Source: Thiotrichales bacterium
GTDB taxonomy: Bacteria > Pseudomonadota > Gammaproteobacteria > UWMA-0217
NCBI GenBank assembly: GCA_024763135.1
Contig: JANTGD010000002.1
Location: 1-41,951, forward strand
DNA length: 41,951 bases
Direction of reading: 5' to 3'
Below, one piece after another: positions 29,455 to 38,861 of the stretch. The notes below the pieces were generated by a model. That model saw only the letters and a list, made by a program, of their open reading frames with translations, searched no databases and was not told the origin of the DNA. The position numbers and the translations under genes were made by a program. Positions within the stretch are counted from its first letter, which is position 1. The number at the start of each line of letters is the position of its first letter.

Positions 29455-30963
29455 ATGTGTAAAAACTGTCTCCTTCTGTTGTTGGCTACCGCGGTCGTCG
29501 CACTGGTATTTTCCGCCGGTCAAGTCACCGCTCCCTTGCGCGACACAACCACCCCCGGCCACGCGACCCCTAAGGTACCCGCCGTGACACTCACCGATGC
29601 CCAGGGTCGTCGTCTGCCAGAAGATTGGCTTTTGGGGCAGTGGACGCTCATGCTGTTGGGTTATACCCACTGTGAAACAATCTGTCGTGACAGACTCCAG
29701 AGCTTAGATACAGCGCTCGCGAGTCTCGCCGCATCCGATCCCGATCTGCGCGTGCAAGGACTGTTTGTGAGCATTGATCCAGCACGCGACCACCCAGCGC
29801 AGCTCAGACACTACTGCCGCGCTTACAGTCGCGCGCTGACCTGTGCCCGAGTCGAACCGGCAGGACTGGAACAGCTGCGCGACGCGCTCCACATCATCTA
29901 CAACCGCATCGGTTACAATGGCGCCGACGAGCACTATACGCTCGATTTTAGTTTACAGCTGCTCTTGATCGCGCCCGATGGACGAGTCGCGGGCAGCGTA
30001 CCTCCACCGCTGACTGCGGCGCAGATCATCGCTGCGACGCGTCAAGCCAATAAGGACCACCACGCCCCAATGAACGCCGACCGCCCTCCTTTATGGGCAA
30101 AACTGAATAACGCCCTGTTTTACGTGCTGCCACACCACCTACTGAGCCGCCTTGGTTATTTTGTCAGCCGCATCGAGATCCCGTGGATAAAAAATCTACT
30201 GATCCGTGGCTACCTGGGGCTGTTCGATTTAAATATGGCCGAAGCGCGTGAACCCAATCCCTACGCCTACCCTTCCCTCAACGCTCTATTTACGCGCGCA
30301 CTGAAACCCGAGGCCCGCCCGATCGACCCACATCCGGACGCGCTACTGAGCAGCGCCGATGGCATCTTGAGTGAATTTGGTGATATTCGCGCAGGTCGAC
30401 TGCTGCAGGCCAAGGGCCTCGACTATGCGATCGACGCATTATTAGGGGGCGACCGGACGCTGTCCGAACCCTTTCATACGGGACAATTTCATACCCTCTA
30501 CCTCTCGCCGCGCGATTACCATCGCGTCCATATGCCGCTGACAGGCGACCTGACCGATATGATTTATGTTCCTGGGCGGCTGTTCAGTGTTTCCCCCATG
30601 ACCACTCGAAGCATCCCCAACCTTTTTACGCGCAATGAGCGGGTTGTGGCATTTTTCGACACGAACCATGGACGCATGGCGTTGGTGCTCGTGGGGGCAA
30701 TCAATGTCGCTGCGATCGAAACAGTCTGGGCAGGCCTGATCACCCCACCTCCAGGAAAACAAACGACCCGGACACACTATGCGCAGCCACTGCGGTTGCA
30801 GGCCGGAGAAGAAATGGGGCGTTTCAATATGGGCTCCACGGTGATTGTGGTGACAGCCCAGCATTTTGCCTGGGAATCCAGACTGCAGCCGGGCATCAAG
30901 ACGAAGGTAGGCGCAGCCCTAGCGCATTGGAGAACCACCGGCCATACGGACAGCAAACCATGA
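29455..30963 (+). CDS. psd: in-frame fusion ORF: SCO1/SenC-like thioredoxin-fold domain + phosphatidylserine decarboxylase proenzyme
   Basis: The N-terminal TM segment is CLLLLLATAVVALVF. SCO1 hallmarks are present: LLGYTHCETIC (CxxxC), FVSIDPARDHPAQL and HYTLDFS..LIAPDG. From Met at nt 30070 the ORF is a full-length Psd, with YLSPRDYHRVHMP, RNERV and the self-cleavage motif FNMGSTV. No stop codon separates the two parts. The GTG at 29380 is an alternative start. Confidence 0.7.
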   Translation: MCKNCLLLLLATAVVALVFSAGQVTAPLRDTTTPGHATPKVPAVTLTDAQGRRLPEDWLLGQWTLMLLGYTHCETICRDRLQSLDTALASLAASDPDLRVQGLFVSIDPARDHPAQLRHYCRAYSRALTCARVEPAGLEQLRDALHIIYNRIGYNGADEHYTLDFSLQLLLIAPDGRVAGSVPPPLTAAQIIAATRQANKDHHAPMNADRPPLWAKLNNALFYVLPHHLLSRLGYFVSRIEIPWIKNLLIRGYLGLFDLNMAEAREPNPYAYPSLNALFTRALKPEARPIDPHPDALLSSADGILSEFGDIRAGRLLQAKGLDYAIDALLGGDRTLSEPFHTGQFHTLYLSPRDYHRVHMPLTGDLTDMIYVPGRLFSVSPMTTRSIPNLFTRNERVVAFFDTNHGRMALVLVGAINVAAIETVWAGLITPPPGKQTTRTHYAQPLRLQAGEEMGRFNMGSTVIVVTAQHFAWESRLQPGIKTKVGAALAHWRTTGHTDSKP

Positions 30964-30977
30964 GCTGACTCAGGCCT

Positions 30978-31907
30978 TCAGTCCACACACACCGCATCGA
31001 GCGATTCAGCGCCCAGCAGCTTCATCAACAGCCGGTCCACCCCCAGCGCAACGCCAGCACAATCAGGCAAACCTCGTTGTAACGCCTTCAAAAATTCCTG
31101 ATCGACGGGCATCGAGGGTTGTCCCGCCGCGTGCCGCTGCGCATTTTCAACCGCAAAGCGGCGCACGTGCTCATCAGGATCCTGCAGCTCCCAGTAACCA
31201 TTCGCCAATTCGAGTGAGCCCCAAAACACTTCGAACCGGGCCGCCGTGCGTGTATCGGCATTCAAGCGGGCCAGCGCGGCCTGACTCGCGGGGTAATCGA
31301 TCAGTGTCGTCAATTGATTGGCAGGCAGCCGGGGAACAATGCAGTGAGACAGCAGTAGGTCCAACCAGCCATCGAGGCTCAATGTCGAGTCCACAGCGAG
31401 CCCCTGGTGTTGCGCGACCGCGCGGAGCTGGGCCATGCTCGTGTCCAGTGGATCCACGCACAGGTATTGTATGAACAAGGCTTGATAGCTCTGCACGACC
31501 TGTTGCAGCGGCGCGGCATCCGCCTCACGCATCTGTTCGATCAACGCAATGACTTCGGCATTGAGCTGCAGATGGTCGAAATCTAAACGATACCACTCCA
31601 ATAGCGTAAATTCCGGCCGATGAAAGCGTCCTGCTTCGCCGTCACGAAACGCATGACAAAGCTGAAAGATATCTCCACTGCCTTGCACGAGCAGCCGTTT
31701 CATGGCGAATTCAGGCGAGGTTTGCAGGTACGCGCGCTGCGTCCCCAGGGCACAGGCAATGCTATCGATATGGGGATCGGGATTACCGTATGGAGACAGG
31801 ATTGGCGTTTCAATCTCCAGCACGCCTCGCGCACTGAAGAACTCGCGCAACTGGCGGAGCAATTGCGCCCGTTTACGCAGCGTGGCGATAGGAAGCGCAG
31901 GGGTCAC
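30978..31907 (-). CDS. epmA: EF-P lysine-34 lysyltransferase (PoxA/GenX)
   Basis: 309 aa with a class II LysRS-like core and no anticodon domain. It has FFSARGVLEIETP and FRDGEAGRFHRPEFTLLEWY. It starts at GTG, 15 nt downstream of the efp stop codon. Confidence 0.88.
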   Translation of the reverse strand: MTPALPIATLRKRAQLLRQLREFFSARGVLEIETPILSPYGNPDPHIDSIACALGTQRAYLQTSPEFAMKRLLVQGSGDIFQLCHAFRDGEAGRFHRPEFTLLEWYRLDFDHLQLNAEVIALIEQMREADAAPLQQVVQSYQALFIQYLCVDPLDTSMAQLRAVAQHQGLAVDSTLSLDGWLDLLLSHCIVPRLPANQLTTLIDYPASQAALARLNADTRTAARFEVFWGSLELANGYWELQDPDEHVRRFAVENAQRHAAGQPSMPVDQEFLKALQRGLPDCAGVALGVDRLLMKLLGAESLDAVCVD

Positions 31908-31922
31908 AGGAGCAGAAAGGGC

Positions 31923-32492
31923 TTACTCCTTGACTCTGGAAATGTATTCACCAGTACGTGTATCGATTTTCAGAATATCGCCTTCTTCCACGAACAACGG
32001 CACCTTGACGGTTGCGCCTGTTTCCACGGTTGCCGGCTTGGTCGCTCCCGTCGCAGTGTCACCCCGTACCCCGGGATCACATTGCGTCACCCGCAGCTCC
32101 ACGTGATTGGGAGGCGCTACAGAGAGCGGCTCACCATTCCACAGCGTTACCGACACAATGTCCTGCTCCTTCAGATACAATGCCGCATCCCCCACCGCAG
32201 CCTTGCTCGCACTGAGTTGTTCGAAGGTATTGGGATCCATGAAGTGCCAGAACTCCCCGTCGTTGTACAAATACTGCATATCCACATCGACCACATCTGC
32301 AGCTTCAACGGATTCGCCAGACTTGAACGTCTTCTCCACGACCCGGCCATTTTTGAGATTGCGCAGTTTGACGCGATTGAAGGCTTGCCCCTTGCCGGGC
32401 TTGACGAATTCGTTCTCCACGATGGTGTAAGGATCACCATCCAGCATGATTTTCAATCCGCCACGAAATTCATTGGTACTATAGCTGGCCAT
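31923..32492 (-). CDS. efp: elongation factor P (Lys34 type)
   Basis: 189 aa. It has [14 protein letters not shown] and the modification loop VKPGKGQAF. Confidence 0.95.
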   Translation of the reverse strand: MASYSTNEFRGGLKIMLDGDPYTIVENEFVKPGKGQAFNRVKLRNLKNGRVVEKTFKSGESVEAADVVDVDMQYLYNDGEFWHFMDPNTFEQLSASKAAVGDAALYLKEQDIVSVTLWNGEPLSVAPPNHVELRVTQCDPGVRGDTATGATKPATVETGATVKVPLFVEEGDILKIDTRTGEYISRVKE

Positions 32493-32522
32493 GTTCTTCT
32501 TGGTTCCGTAAAACTCGGTAAA

Positions 32523-33542
32523 ATGAAACCGCTCATGATACCCCTAATCGCCCTGCAAGAGGATACCCCCGACTGGCAAAAGCAACTCGCCCGTGCCATT
32601 ACCGACCCCAATGAACTGTTTGCGCATCTCCGTCTCGATCCCAACGCATGGCCAGAGACACTCGCCGCGGGTCACAGTTTCAAGCTCAAAGTCACCCACA
32701 GTTACCTGCACCGCATCGAGCCGGGCAACCCCAAGGATCCGTTGCTGCTGCAGGTCCTACCGCAAGGTGCCGAACTCGCGCCGCAACCGCCGGAGTACGA
32801 TACTGACCCGGTCGGCGACATTGACGCGATGCCGCATCCAGGCATTGTGCACAAATACCGGGGGCGCATTCTGCTCATTGCCACTGGCAGCTGCGCCATT
32901 CATTGCCGCTACTGTTTCCGACGCCATTTTCCTTATGCCAGCGCTCACCCCGCCCGTCACCACTGGCAGACAACCATCGATTATCTACAGGCCCATCCGG
33001 ACATCGACGAGGTCATCCTCAGTGGGGGTGACCCCTTGGTATTGAGTGATGCCAAGCTTGGCGAACTGATCGCGCGGTTACAGAGCCTACCTCAGCTACG
33101 TCGCTTGCGTCTGCACTCGCGTCTGCCCATTGTTTTGCCGGATCGTATTACCCCGCAGTTGCTGGCGCTGCTGTCACAAACCCGCCTGCGCTGCATTCTC
33201 GTCGTCCACTGTAACCATGCAAATGAAATCGATGACGCCGTCAGGGAGGCATTACTGCGCTTACACGCCGCCGGTGTATTACTATTGAATCAGAGCGTAC
33301 TGCTCAAACACATCAATGATCAGGTAGACAGCCTTGCGGCATTGAGCCTGAAGCTCTTCGACGCCCAGGTGCAACCTTACTACCTGCATCTATTGGACCG
33401 GGTCTCGGGCGCCGCGCATTTTGCAGTGTCGCCTGACCGAGCACGCACACTCCAAACCGCACTGAGCGGTCGCTTACCCGGTTATCTCTTGCCCCGATTC
33501 GTGTACGAAGTTGCGGGTGGAACGGCTAAAACGCCCTTGTGA
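32523..33542 (+). CDS. epmB: EF-P beta-lysylation protein, lysine 2,3-aminomutase-like radical SAM enzyme
   Basis: The real start is Met at 32523 (or 32535) inside a longer spurious ORF. It has the radical-SAM motif [11 protein letters not shown]. The N-terminus [17 protein letters not shown] parallels E. coli EpmB. Confidence 0.9.
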   Translation: MKPLMIPLIALQEDTPDWQKQLARAITDPNELFAHLRLDPNAWPETLAAGHSFKLKVTHSYLHRIEPGNPKDPLLLQVLPQGAELAPQPPEYDTDPVGDIDAMPHPGIVHKYRGRILLIATGSCAIHCRYCFRRHFPYASAHPARHHWQTTIDYLQAHPDIDEVILSGGDPLVLSDAKLGELIARLQSLPQLRRLRLHSRLPIVLPDRITPQLLALLSQTRLRCILVVHCNHANEIDDAVREALLRLHAAGVLLLNQSVLLKHINDQVDSLAALSLKLFDAQVQPYYLHLLDRVSGAAHFAVSPDRARTLQTALSGRLPGYLLPRFVYEVAGGTAKTPL

Positions 33543-33690
33543 GTACGCAACGCGACGCAGATTTCATTGAGACATTCGTCCAGAATCATCGATAATCTGG
33601 ACTCTGCGCCCGTCGATGTGTGATTCATATTGAAACAGAGCGCATTAAGCGGGATTATGCTGTGTTGCCGTTCCGTAGTGTTTTGACTGA

Positions 33691-35460
33691 ATGAATCTAC
33701 ACCTGCCCCAATTCACCGCCAGCGCCGACGCCATCGAGCAGTCGCCCAACTCGCTGCGCGCAGTTCGCCGCTGGAAAAGCGAACTACCACTGGTGAATAT
33801 GGGCGAAACGACGCGCCTGTTCTATCTCACCCTGCGGGTATTGAATCGCCAGGTACTCACCGCGCGTACCCGCTACGAAATCATGGAAGAACTACGCCCA
33901 ACCGCGCGTATCGTGCTAGAACACCTCGAAAGACACCTGCGCAGTATTTCCCATCCGCTGCGTGGCAAAGTTGCCCAGATCGCCAAGCTCAACGAGGCGC
34001 TGCTGCTCGAAATTGCAGTCGGGTACAAACATATTGTGCATGACATCGTCAATCGCGCCGAAAAAGTGGACGCTAAAGTACTCCCCAGCTCGGTGCACCG
34101 TGCGATGCGCTTTTTGCAAGGCTCACTCGCGTTGAAGGCCCGAATCTATCAACTGGGCTCACGCAGCGCCTGGCACGACCTGCATCGCCTGCAGGGTTTC
34201 GCTGAGCATCAACAGATTGCGCTGAAAGACGTAGACGATGACTTCTACAGCACCATCGACACGTCCACGATCACCGATGTGTACAAACAAACCTGCTTGC
34301 TTGCGATGAGCCATCCCCTGCGCCTGCGCACCGGGGAAGCGGAAAAACTGCAGATCTTCTACGAAACGGCCTGCCATCTTGTAGCACTGAAAAAGTCCCT
34401 GACGCCCGACGAACACGGTATGGTCCACGTCGTGAGTCTCAAATCCGCGGAACCCCCTGACTACATTCCGCTCGCTAACATTACAACCTTCTCCAATCTG
34501 CGCGGTTTCGATCTCACCCGCCTGCTGGGTACTCTGCAGGATATGTGTATGGACGATGCAGAGCACGCCCCGCCACCACAACCCGGCTTTAGCAAGGTCA
34601 GGCTTGAAAAGCCGTTGTTACAGCGACTCATCGAAATCTGGACCACGGAAGAAAAGCGCCGTTTCAGCCGAGTCGCCACACACCGTAATATCATTACTGC
34701 AGTCGGCCTGAAAAACATTATTGCCGCCATTCACGCGGACATGCACCCAGAAATGGATCCAGAAGAACAGTTCGATATGGGACCGCTGTATACGGAAAAC
34801 GGCCCGGAACTGAGCTCAGACCCAAGCAGTGCCGTGTATGCGGGGAATCTGCAGGACCAAATGGATTCCGTATATCACGCCGACTTACTGCTCGACGATA
34901 CGCCTCCATTCGAAGACGAGAGCCAGAAAAAACCACTGCCTCAGAGCTGGCAGGAATGGCAAGTCATCAATACCGGTGCGGGTGGTTACGGGCTCATTTG
35001 GAACCGGGATCTCGCGACTGCGGTACAGGTGGGTGAAGTGATCGCGCTACGGGAAAAAGAATATGCGGTCCATCATTGGCGCACCGGAATCGTACGCTGG
35101 TTACACAATTCCGAGGAACGTGGCCTGGAGATTGGTGTTCAACTCCTTGCGCCGCGGGCGATCGTGGTCTCCATCGAAACCATAATGAACCGGGGCTATC
35201 GGGAAATCCTGCCCATGGATGCGCTGATGCTGCCCGGCCTCAAAACTATCAATCAGCCCCCCAGCCTGATGGTACCAACCGGGGTATTCGATACCGGCGA
35301 TGTACTCGAAATCGCCATGCTGGGTCGAAAACTGCATATTGAACTCAAAACCACCGGCGAGACCCCCAGTTTTTTCACGCAATTCTTTTACATCTCCTCG
35401 CAGGTGAAAAAGCCCGCCAATCCCAAAGAGGAATTCGATGACCTCTGGAGTCGGATTTGA
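33691..35460 (+). CDS. conserved hypothetical protein; possible FimW (PA4958)-like c-di-GMP receptor with a split PilZ-like motif pair
   Basis: 589-aa ORF with an ATG start, immediately upstream of and co-oriented with the FimX-like gene. KRRFSRV (RxxxR) and, about 105 residues later, VINTGAGGYG resemble the two PilZ signature motifs. As I recall, the synteny psd...PA4958-fimX...parC matches P. aeruginosa. Confidence 0.45.
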   Translation: MNLHLPQFTASADAIEQSPNSLRAVRRWKSELPLVNMGETTRLFYLTLRVLNRQVLTARTRYEIMEELRPTARIVLEHLERHLRSISHPLRGKVAQIAKLNEALLLEIAVGYKHIVHDIVNRAEKVDAKVLPSSVHRAMRFLQGSLALKARIYQLGSRSAWHDLHRLQGFAEHQQIALKDVDDDFYSTIDTSTITDVYKQTCLLAMSHPLRLRTGEAEKLQIFYETACHLVALKKSLTPDEHGMVHVVSLKSAEPPDYIPLANITTFSNLRGFDLTRLLGTLQDMCMDDAEHAPPPQPGFSKVRLEKPLLQRLIEIWTTEEKRRFSRVATHRNIITAVGLKNIIAAIHADMHPEMDPEEQFDMGPLYTENGPELSSDPSSAVYAGNLQDQMDSVYHADLLLDDTPPFEDESQKKPLPQSWQEWQVINTGAGGYGLIWNRDLATAVQVGEVIALREKEYAVHHWRTGIVRWLHNSEERGLEIGVQLLAPRAIVVSIETIMNRGYREILPMDALMLPGLKTINQPPSLMVPTGVFDTGDVLEIAMLGRKLHIELKTTGETPSFFTQFFYISSQVKKPANPKEEFDDLWSRI

Positions 35461-35559
35461 GCGCAAATGGCCTTCCAGACGCAATAACGCTGCGGATGTG
35501 TGAACTGGCACAACGCCGATGACGCTAGTGCGATGCTACAAGGACAGTAACTGAAACGG

Positions 35560-37638
35560 ATGCCCTCAACTATGGCTGAGACTCTTCGCGTCATCGTCAT
35601 CGATGACAACCCTAACCGAGTGTACGACTTGATCAACAGCATCAAGGCATTGGGCTATGTGGTCCGTGGCGAACAGGTGAGCAGTAAGGATGCACTGCAT
35701 AAGGAATTACTCAAAGCACCGGCAGATTTTATTCTCCAAAACCTGGATTTTCCCGCCGTCACCCTGGATCAGGCCTATCGTGTACTGCGTGGCTTCGACC
35801 AACGTCCGGTGTTGATCGCACTGGCCGCTGAAGGGCACTACAAGCCGGCTGAGGTTATGAAGTCCGGAGCCAACGACTTGGTGTACAGCAACGACCTCGA
35901 GCATCTGCAACAAGTGGTCAAGCGTAACCTCAAAACCCACCATGAAGGCAAAACGCTAGCGCATATCAAGAGCAACTTTGCTGATCTGGAAAAGCTGTAC
36001 GCTACGCTAATGGAAAGCTACGAAGCTCCCGTCGCCTATCTGCACGAAGGCATCCATGTGCATGCCAATCGTGCGTATCGGGAGCTGTTTGGGCTCACCT
36101 CTTCTGAAAAACTCGAGGGTATTCCCTTGATGGACCTGCTCCCCGAAGCGGAGCAGCAACGTGTCAAATCCTATCTCCAACAACACAAACAAGGCGAAGG
36201 CGACCTGCTCGAGCGCGCATTCCATATCGAAATTGATGGTGAGGAATACCAAATCGAGATTGCAGATGTGTTCTACGAATCAGAGCCCTGCCAACAAGTT
36301 TTGTTCCGCCACAGTCAGGCGCACGCCGATAACTCACAACTCACCGAGCAGCTCAGCTATCTGGCAATCTACGATATTGCCAGTGGTCTGTATACGCGCA
36401 ATCACCTGTTCGCCCAATTGGAGCGCGCCATTGGTCGTGCCACCGACACAGGTGAGCAGGCTGCGCTGGTGATGCTGTCGTTAGACAATTACAACGAACT
36501 GGCCTCTGGCTTGGGACTGGCGGAAGCCGATCTACTGTATGCAGAAGTGGGCACGGAACTCAAATCCCAGCTGGATCTCGACGACGTGCTGTGTCGCTAC
36601 GATGCGCAGACCTTCTGTCTGCTCAGTAATCTCCACGAACGCAGTGAGGTTCAGCGGCTGATTCGTCAGCTCATCGACAGTATCAATGCACAATTGTTCG
36701 ATATCAACGGCAAGCAGGTCCCCTGCCAGCTAAGTGCGGGCTTGGTAATGATTGATGAAAATGCTGGCAGCGAATATCAGTTGATCTCCAGCGCGCTGGA
36801 AACTTTACGCAAGGCGAACCTGAAAGGGATTGACTTCGATACCGATGAAACCAACCGCCGCCATAAGCCACAAAAACTGATCGATCAAGAATGGACGGAG
36901 CAATTACGCCTGGCGCTCAAAGAAGGGAACTTCCGCCTGTTTTTTCAACCTATTGTCAGACTGGACAATGATCATATCAAGCGCTACAGCGTTTCCATCA
37001 AGATTGCGACCCCCGATGGCAGCTTCATCTCGCCAGCCCAGTTTCTCCCCAGCGCAGAACGTACCGGCTATGCCAAGGGCGTCGATCGCTGGGTCATTAT
37101 GAACGCTTTGCGCCTGCTGGCCAATGCGGCGCGAGAGGATCGACCCACCCTGTATATCAAGCTGACACAGGGGACATTGTATTACGAGGAAGATATCTCC
37201 TGGATCAAAAAGAAAATCGAGGAAACACGGATTGCAGGCCAGCAACTCGTTTTCGAAATCAGCACTGCCCTGCTCATCAATCACTTGCAGCAAACACGCT
37301 TGCTGGTCGAGGATCTCAGCCCTCTGGGCTGTCGCTTCTGCGTGGATGACTTTGGCACCTCCCTGAATCCCTTTCAGATCCTGCGCCACATCCGGGTCGA
37401 TTACCTTAAGTTGCATGGCAGCCTGATCGACGAACTCAAACACAGCGACGACACCCGGCAACTGATCATGCATCTCGTGGAACGAGCGCATGAAGAAGGG
37501 CTGGAGGTAATTGCGCCACGCATTACAACTGCCGACCAACTCTACGCGCTCAATAATCTCAACATCGATCTCGCGCAAGGCGACTTTCTGCAACGCCCCA
37601 GCGAAAGCTTTGATTTCGACTTCCAGTTCGTTGCGTAG
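35560..37638 (+). CDS. fimX: FimX-like protein: pseudo-receiver + PAS + degenerate GGDEF + degenerate EAL
   Basis: 692 aa. The REC-like N-terminus (RVIVIDDN...ADFILQNLDFP) appears to have Asn where the phospho-Asp is expected. A PAS segment is present (APVAYLHEGIHVHANRAYRELFG). The GGDEF fold has RYDAQTF in place of GGDEF. The EAL fold (FFQPIV, FEIST, VDDFGTS, AQGDFLQRP) has SVS in place of EAL and APRI in place of EGVE. Confidence 0.75.
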   Translation: MPSTMAETLRVIVIDDNPNRVYDLINSIKALGYVVRGEQVSSKDALHKELLKAPADFILQNLDFPAVTLDQAYRVLRGFDQRPVLIALAAEGHYKPAEVMKSGANDLVYSNDLEHLQQVVKRNLKTHHEGKTLAHIKSNFADLEKLYATLMESYEAPVAYLHEGIHVHANRAYRELFGLTSSEKLEGIPLMDLLPEAEQQRVKSYLQQHKQGEGDLLERAFHIEIDGEEYQIEIADVFYESEPCQQVLFRHSQAHADNSQLTEQLSYLAIYDIASGLYTRNHLFAQLERAIGRATDTGEQAALVMLSLDNYNELASGLGLAEADLLYAEVGTELKSQLDLDDVLCRYDAQTFCLLSNLHERSEVQRLIRQLIDSINAQLFDINGKQVPCQLSAGLVMIDENAGSEYQLISSALETLRKANLKGIDFDTDETNRRHKPQKLIDQEWTEQLRLALKEGNFRLFFQPIVRLDNDHIKRYSVSIKIATPDGSFISPAQFLPSAERTGYAKGVDRWVIMNALRLLANAAREDRPTLYIKLTQGTLYYEEDISWIKKKIEETRIAGQQLVFEISTALLINHLQQTRLLVEDLSPLGCRFCVDDFGTSLNPFQILRHIRVDYLKLHGSLIDELKHSDDTRQLIMHLVERAHEEGLEVIAPRITTADQLYALNNLNIDLAQGDFLQRPSESFDFDFQFVA

Positions 37639-37825
37639 CGTTGTAAAGCTGCCTCCGCCTATCGAGGAAGTATCGCAAAACGTCACAGGCAACTTGAGCG
37701 CAAGGTGCAACCAGTAAGACGGATCAAATAGATCTGAGTTCTCTCAAGCAGCATGCAACGCATGCCAGCGGACGATGCCGCAAGTTTTTCGCCCCCTCAA
37801 AAAAGCAGCGCACTACGTCCCACAA

Positions 37826-37856
37826 ACAAAAAAGCCCCGCTAGCGGGGCTTTTTTC
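37826..37856. terminator. bidirectional terminator between the convergent fimX-like gene and htpX
   Basis: A perfect 18-nt palindrome (agccccgctagcggggct, 37833-37850). It is flanked by an A-run on the left and TTTTT on the right. Confidence 0.8.
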
Positions 37857-37868
37857 AAGCGTGATTGC

Positions 37869-38735
37869 TTAACGCATGGCCTGTAAAGCAGCAATGCGTT
37901 CTTCCAGTGGAGGATGCGTAGAAAACAACTTACGCATGGCACTGCCTCCTCGAATGCCGAAAGCCGCCATTTCTGCAGGCATGTGCGCTGGCTCATGCAC
38001 CGATTGTAAGCGACGCAATGCAGCAATCATCTTGTCTCTGCCCGCCAGGCGCGCGCCACCGGCATCCGCACGGAATTCACGCCAACGGGAGAACCACATG
38101 ACAATGATGCTGGCCAGGAACGACAATAGAATCTGCGCCACGATCTGTCCAACAAAGTAGCCAATACCATGGCCTTCTTCGTTGCGAAACACAGCCTTGT
38201 CGATGAAATTGCCAATTACCATGGAGAAAAAGAAGACGAAAGTGTTCACCACACCCTGGATCAAGGTCATCGTTACCATGTCACCGTTGGCGACGTGGCT
38301 GATCTCATGCCCAAGCACGGCTTCAACCTCGTCCTGAGTCATGTTCTCCAACAGTCCCGTGGAGACCGCCACCAGGGCATCATTGCGATTCCACCCCGTC
38401 GCAAACGCATTGGGATCAGGTGAATGAAAGATCCCGACTTCCGGCATTTTTATGCCTGCCTGCCGGGCTTCCCGCGCGACGGTTTCGACTAACCAGCGCT
38501 CGGTGGGATTCGAGGGCTGCTCAATAATTTGCACCCCCATGGAGCGCTTGGCCATGCTTTTAGACAGAAACAGGGAAATCAACGAGCCGGCAAAACCAAA
38601 GACCGCCGCATACACGAGCATTTGCCCCTGATTGCCCAACTGGATCCCAAACACACTCGTGAGTATGCTCAGCACGATGCTCAACACCACCATCACTGCG
38701 ATGTTCGTGGCGAGCAATAAAAGAATTCTTAGCAT
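37869..38735 (-). CDS. htpX: zinc metalloprotease HtpX (M48 family)
   Basis: 288 aa. It has N-terminal TM helices, the motif [10 protein letters not shown] and C-terminal TM helices. Confidence 0.93.
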   Translation of the reverse strand: MLRILLLLATNIAVMVVLSIVLSILTSVFGIQLGNQGQMLVYAAVFGFAGSLISLFLSKSMAKRSMGVQIIEQPSNPTERWLVETVAREARQAGIKMPEVGIFHSPDPNAFATGWNRNDALVAVSTGLLENMTQDEVEAVLGHEISHVANGDMVTMTLIQGVVNTFVFFFSMVIGNFIDKAVFRNEEGHGIGYFVGQIVAQILLSFLASIIVMWFSRWREFRADAGGARLAGRDKMIAALRRLQSVHEPAHMPAEMAAFGIRGGSAMRKLFSTHPPLEERIAALQAMR

Positions 38736-38766
38736 AGTATCCTCATTTGGTTAAAAATCTCGGTAT

Positions 38767-38796
38767 AGGTTAGGGCCTGCGGCTTAAAGTTCAAGT
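38767..38796 (-). promoter_or_regulatory. candidate sigma32 (heat-shock) promoter of htpX
   Basis: The minus strand reads CTTGAA, then 14 nt, then CCCTAACCT. The consensus is CTTGAA-N13-17-CCCCATNT. It lies about 32 nt upstream of the htpX ATG. Confidence 0.35.
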
Positions 38797-38861
38797 CTGA
38801 CCTCTGTTACTAAGACAATGCATGGTGACCTCTCGGGTCGTTACGGTCTGACCTGAGAGCG

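Noticed and set aside
31620-32522. A 300-aa N-terminal extension of the epmB reading frame. The ORF track gives a 640-aa ORF.
   Set aside because: It runs antisense through all of efp and part of epmA and has no recognisable motifs. EpmB homology begins only at Met 32523. This is a typical open antisense frame in GC-rich coding DNA.
36904-37710. A 268-aa minus-strand ORF inside the fimX-like gene.
   Set aside because: It is fully antisense to a gene with clear domain motifs. It has low-complexity composition and no recognisable family.
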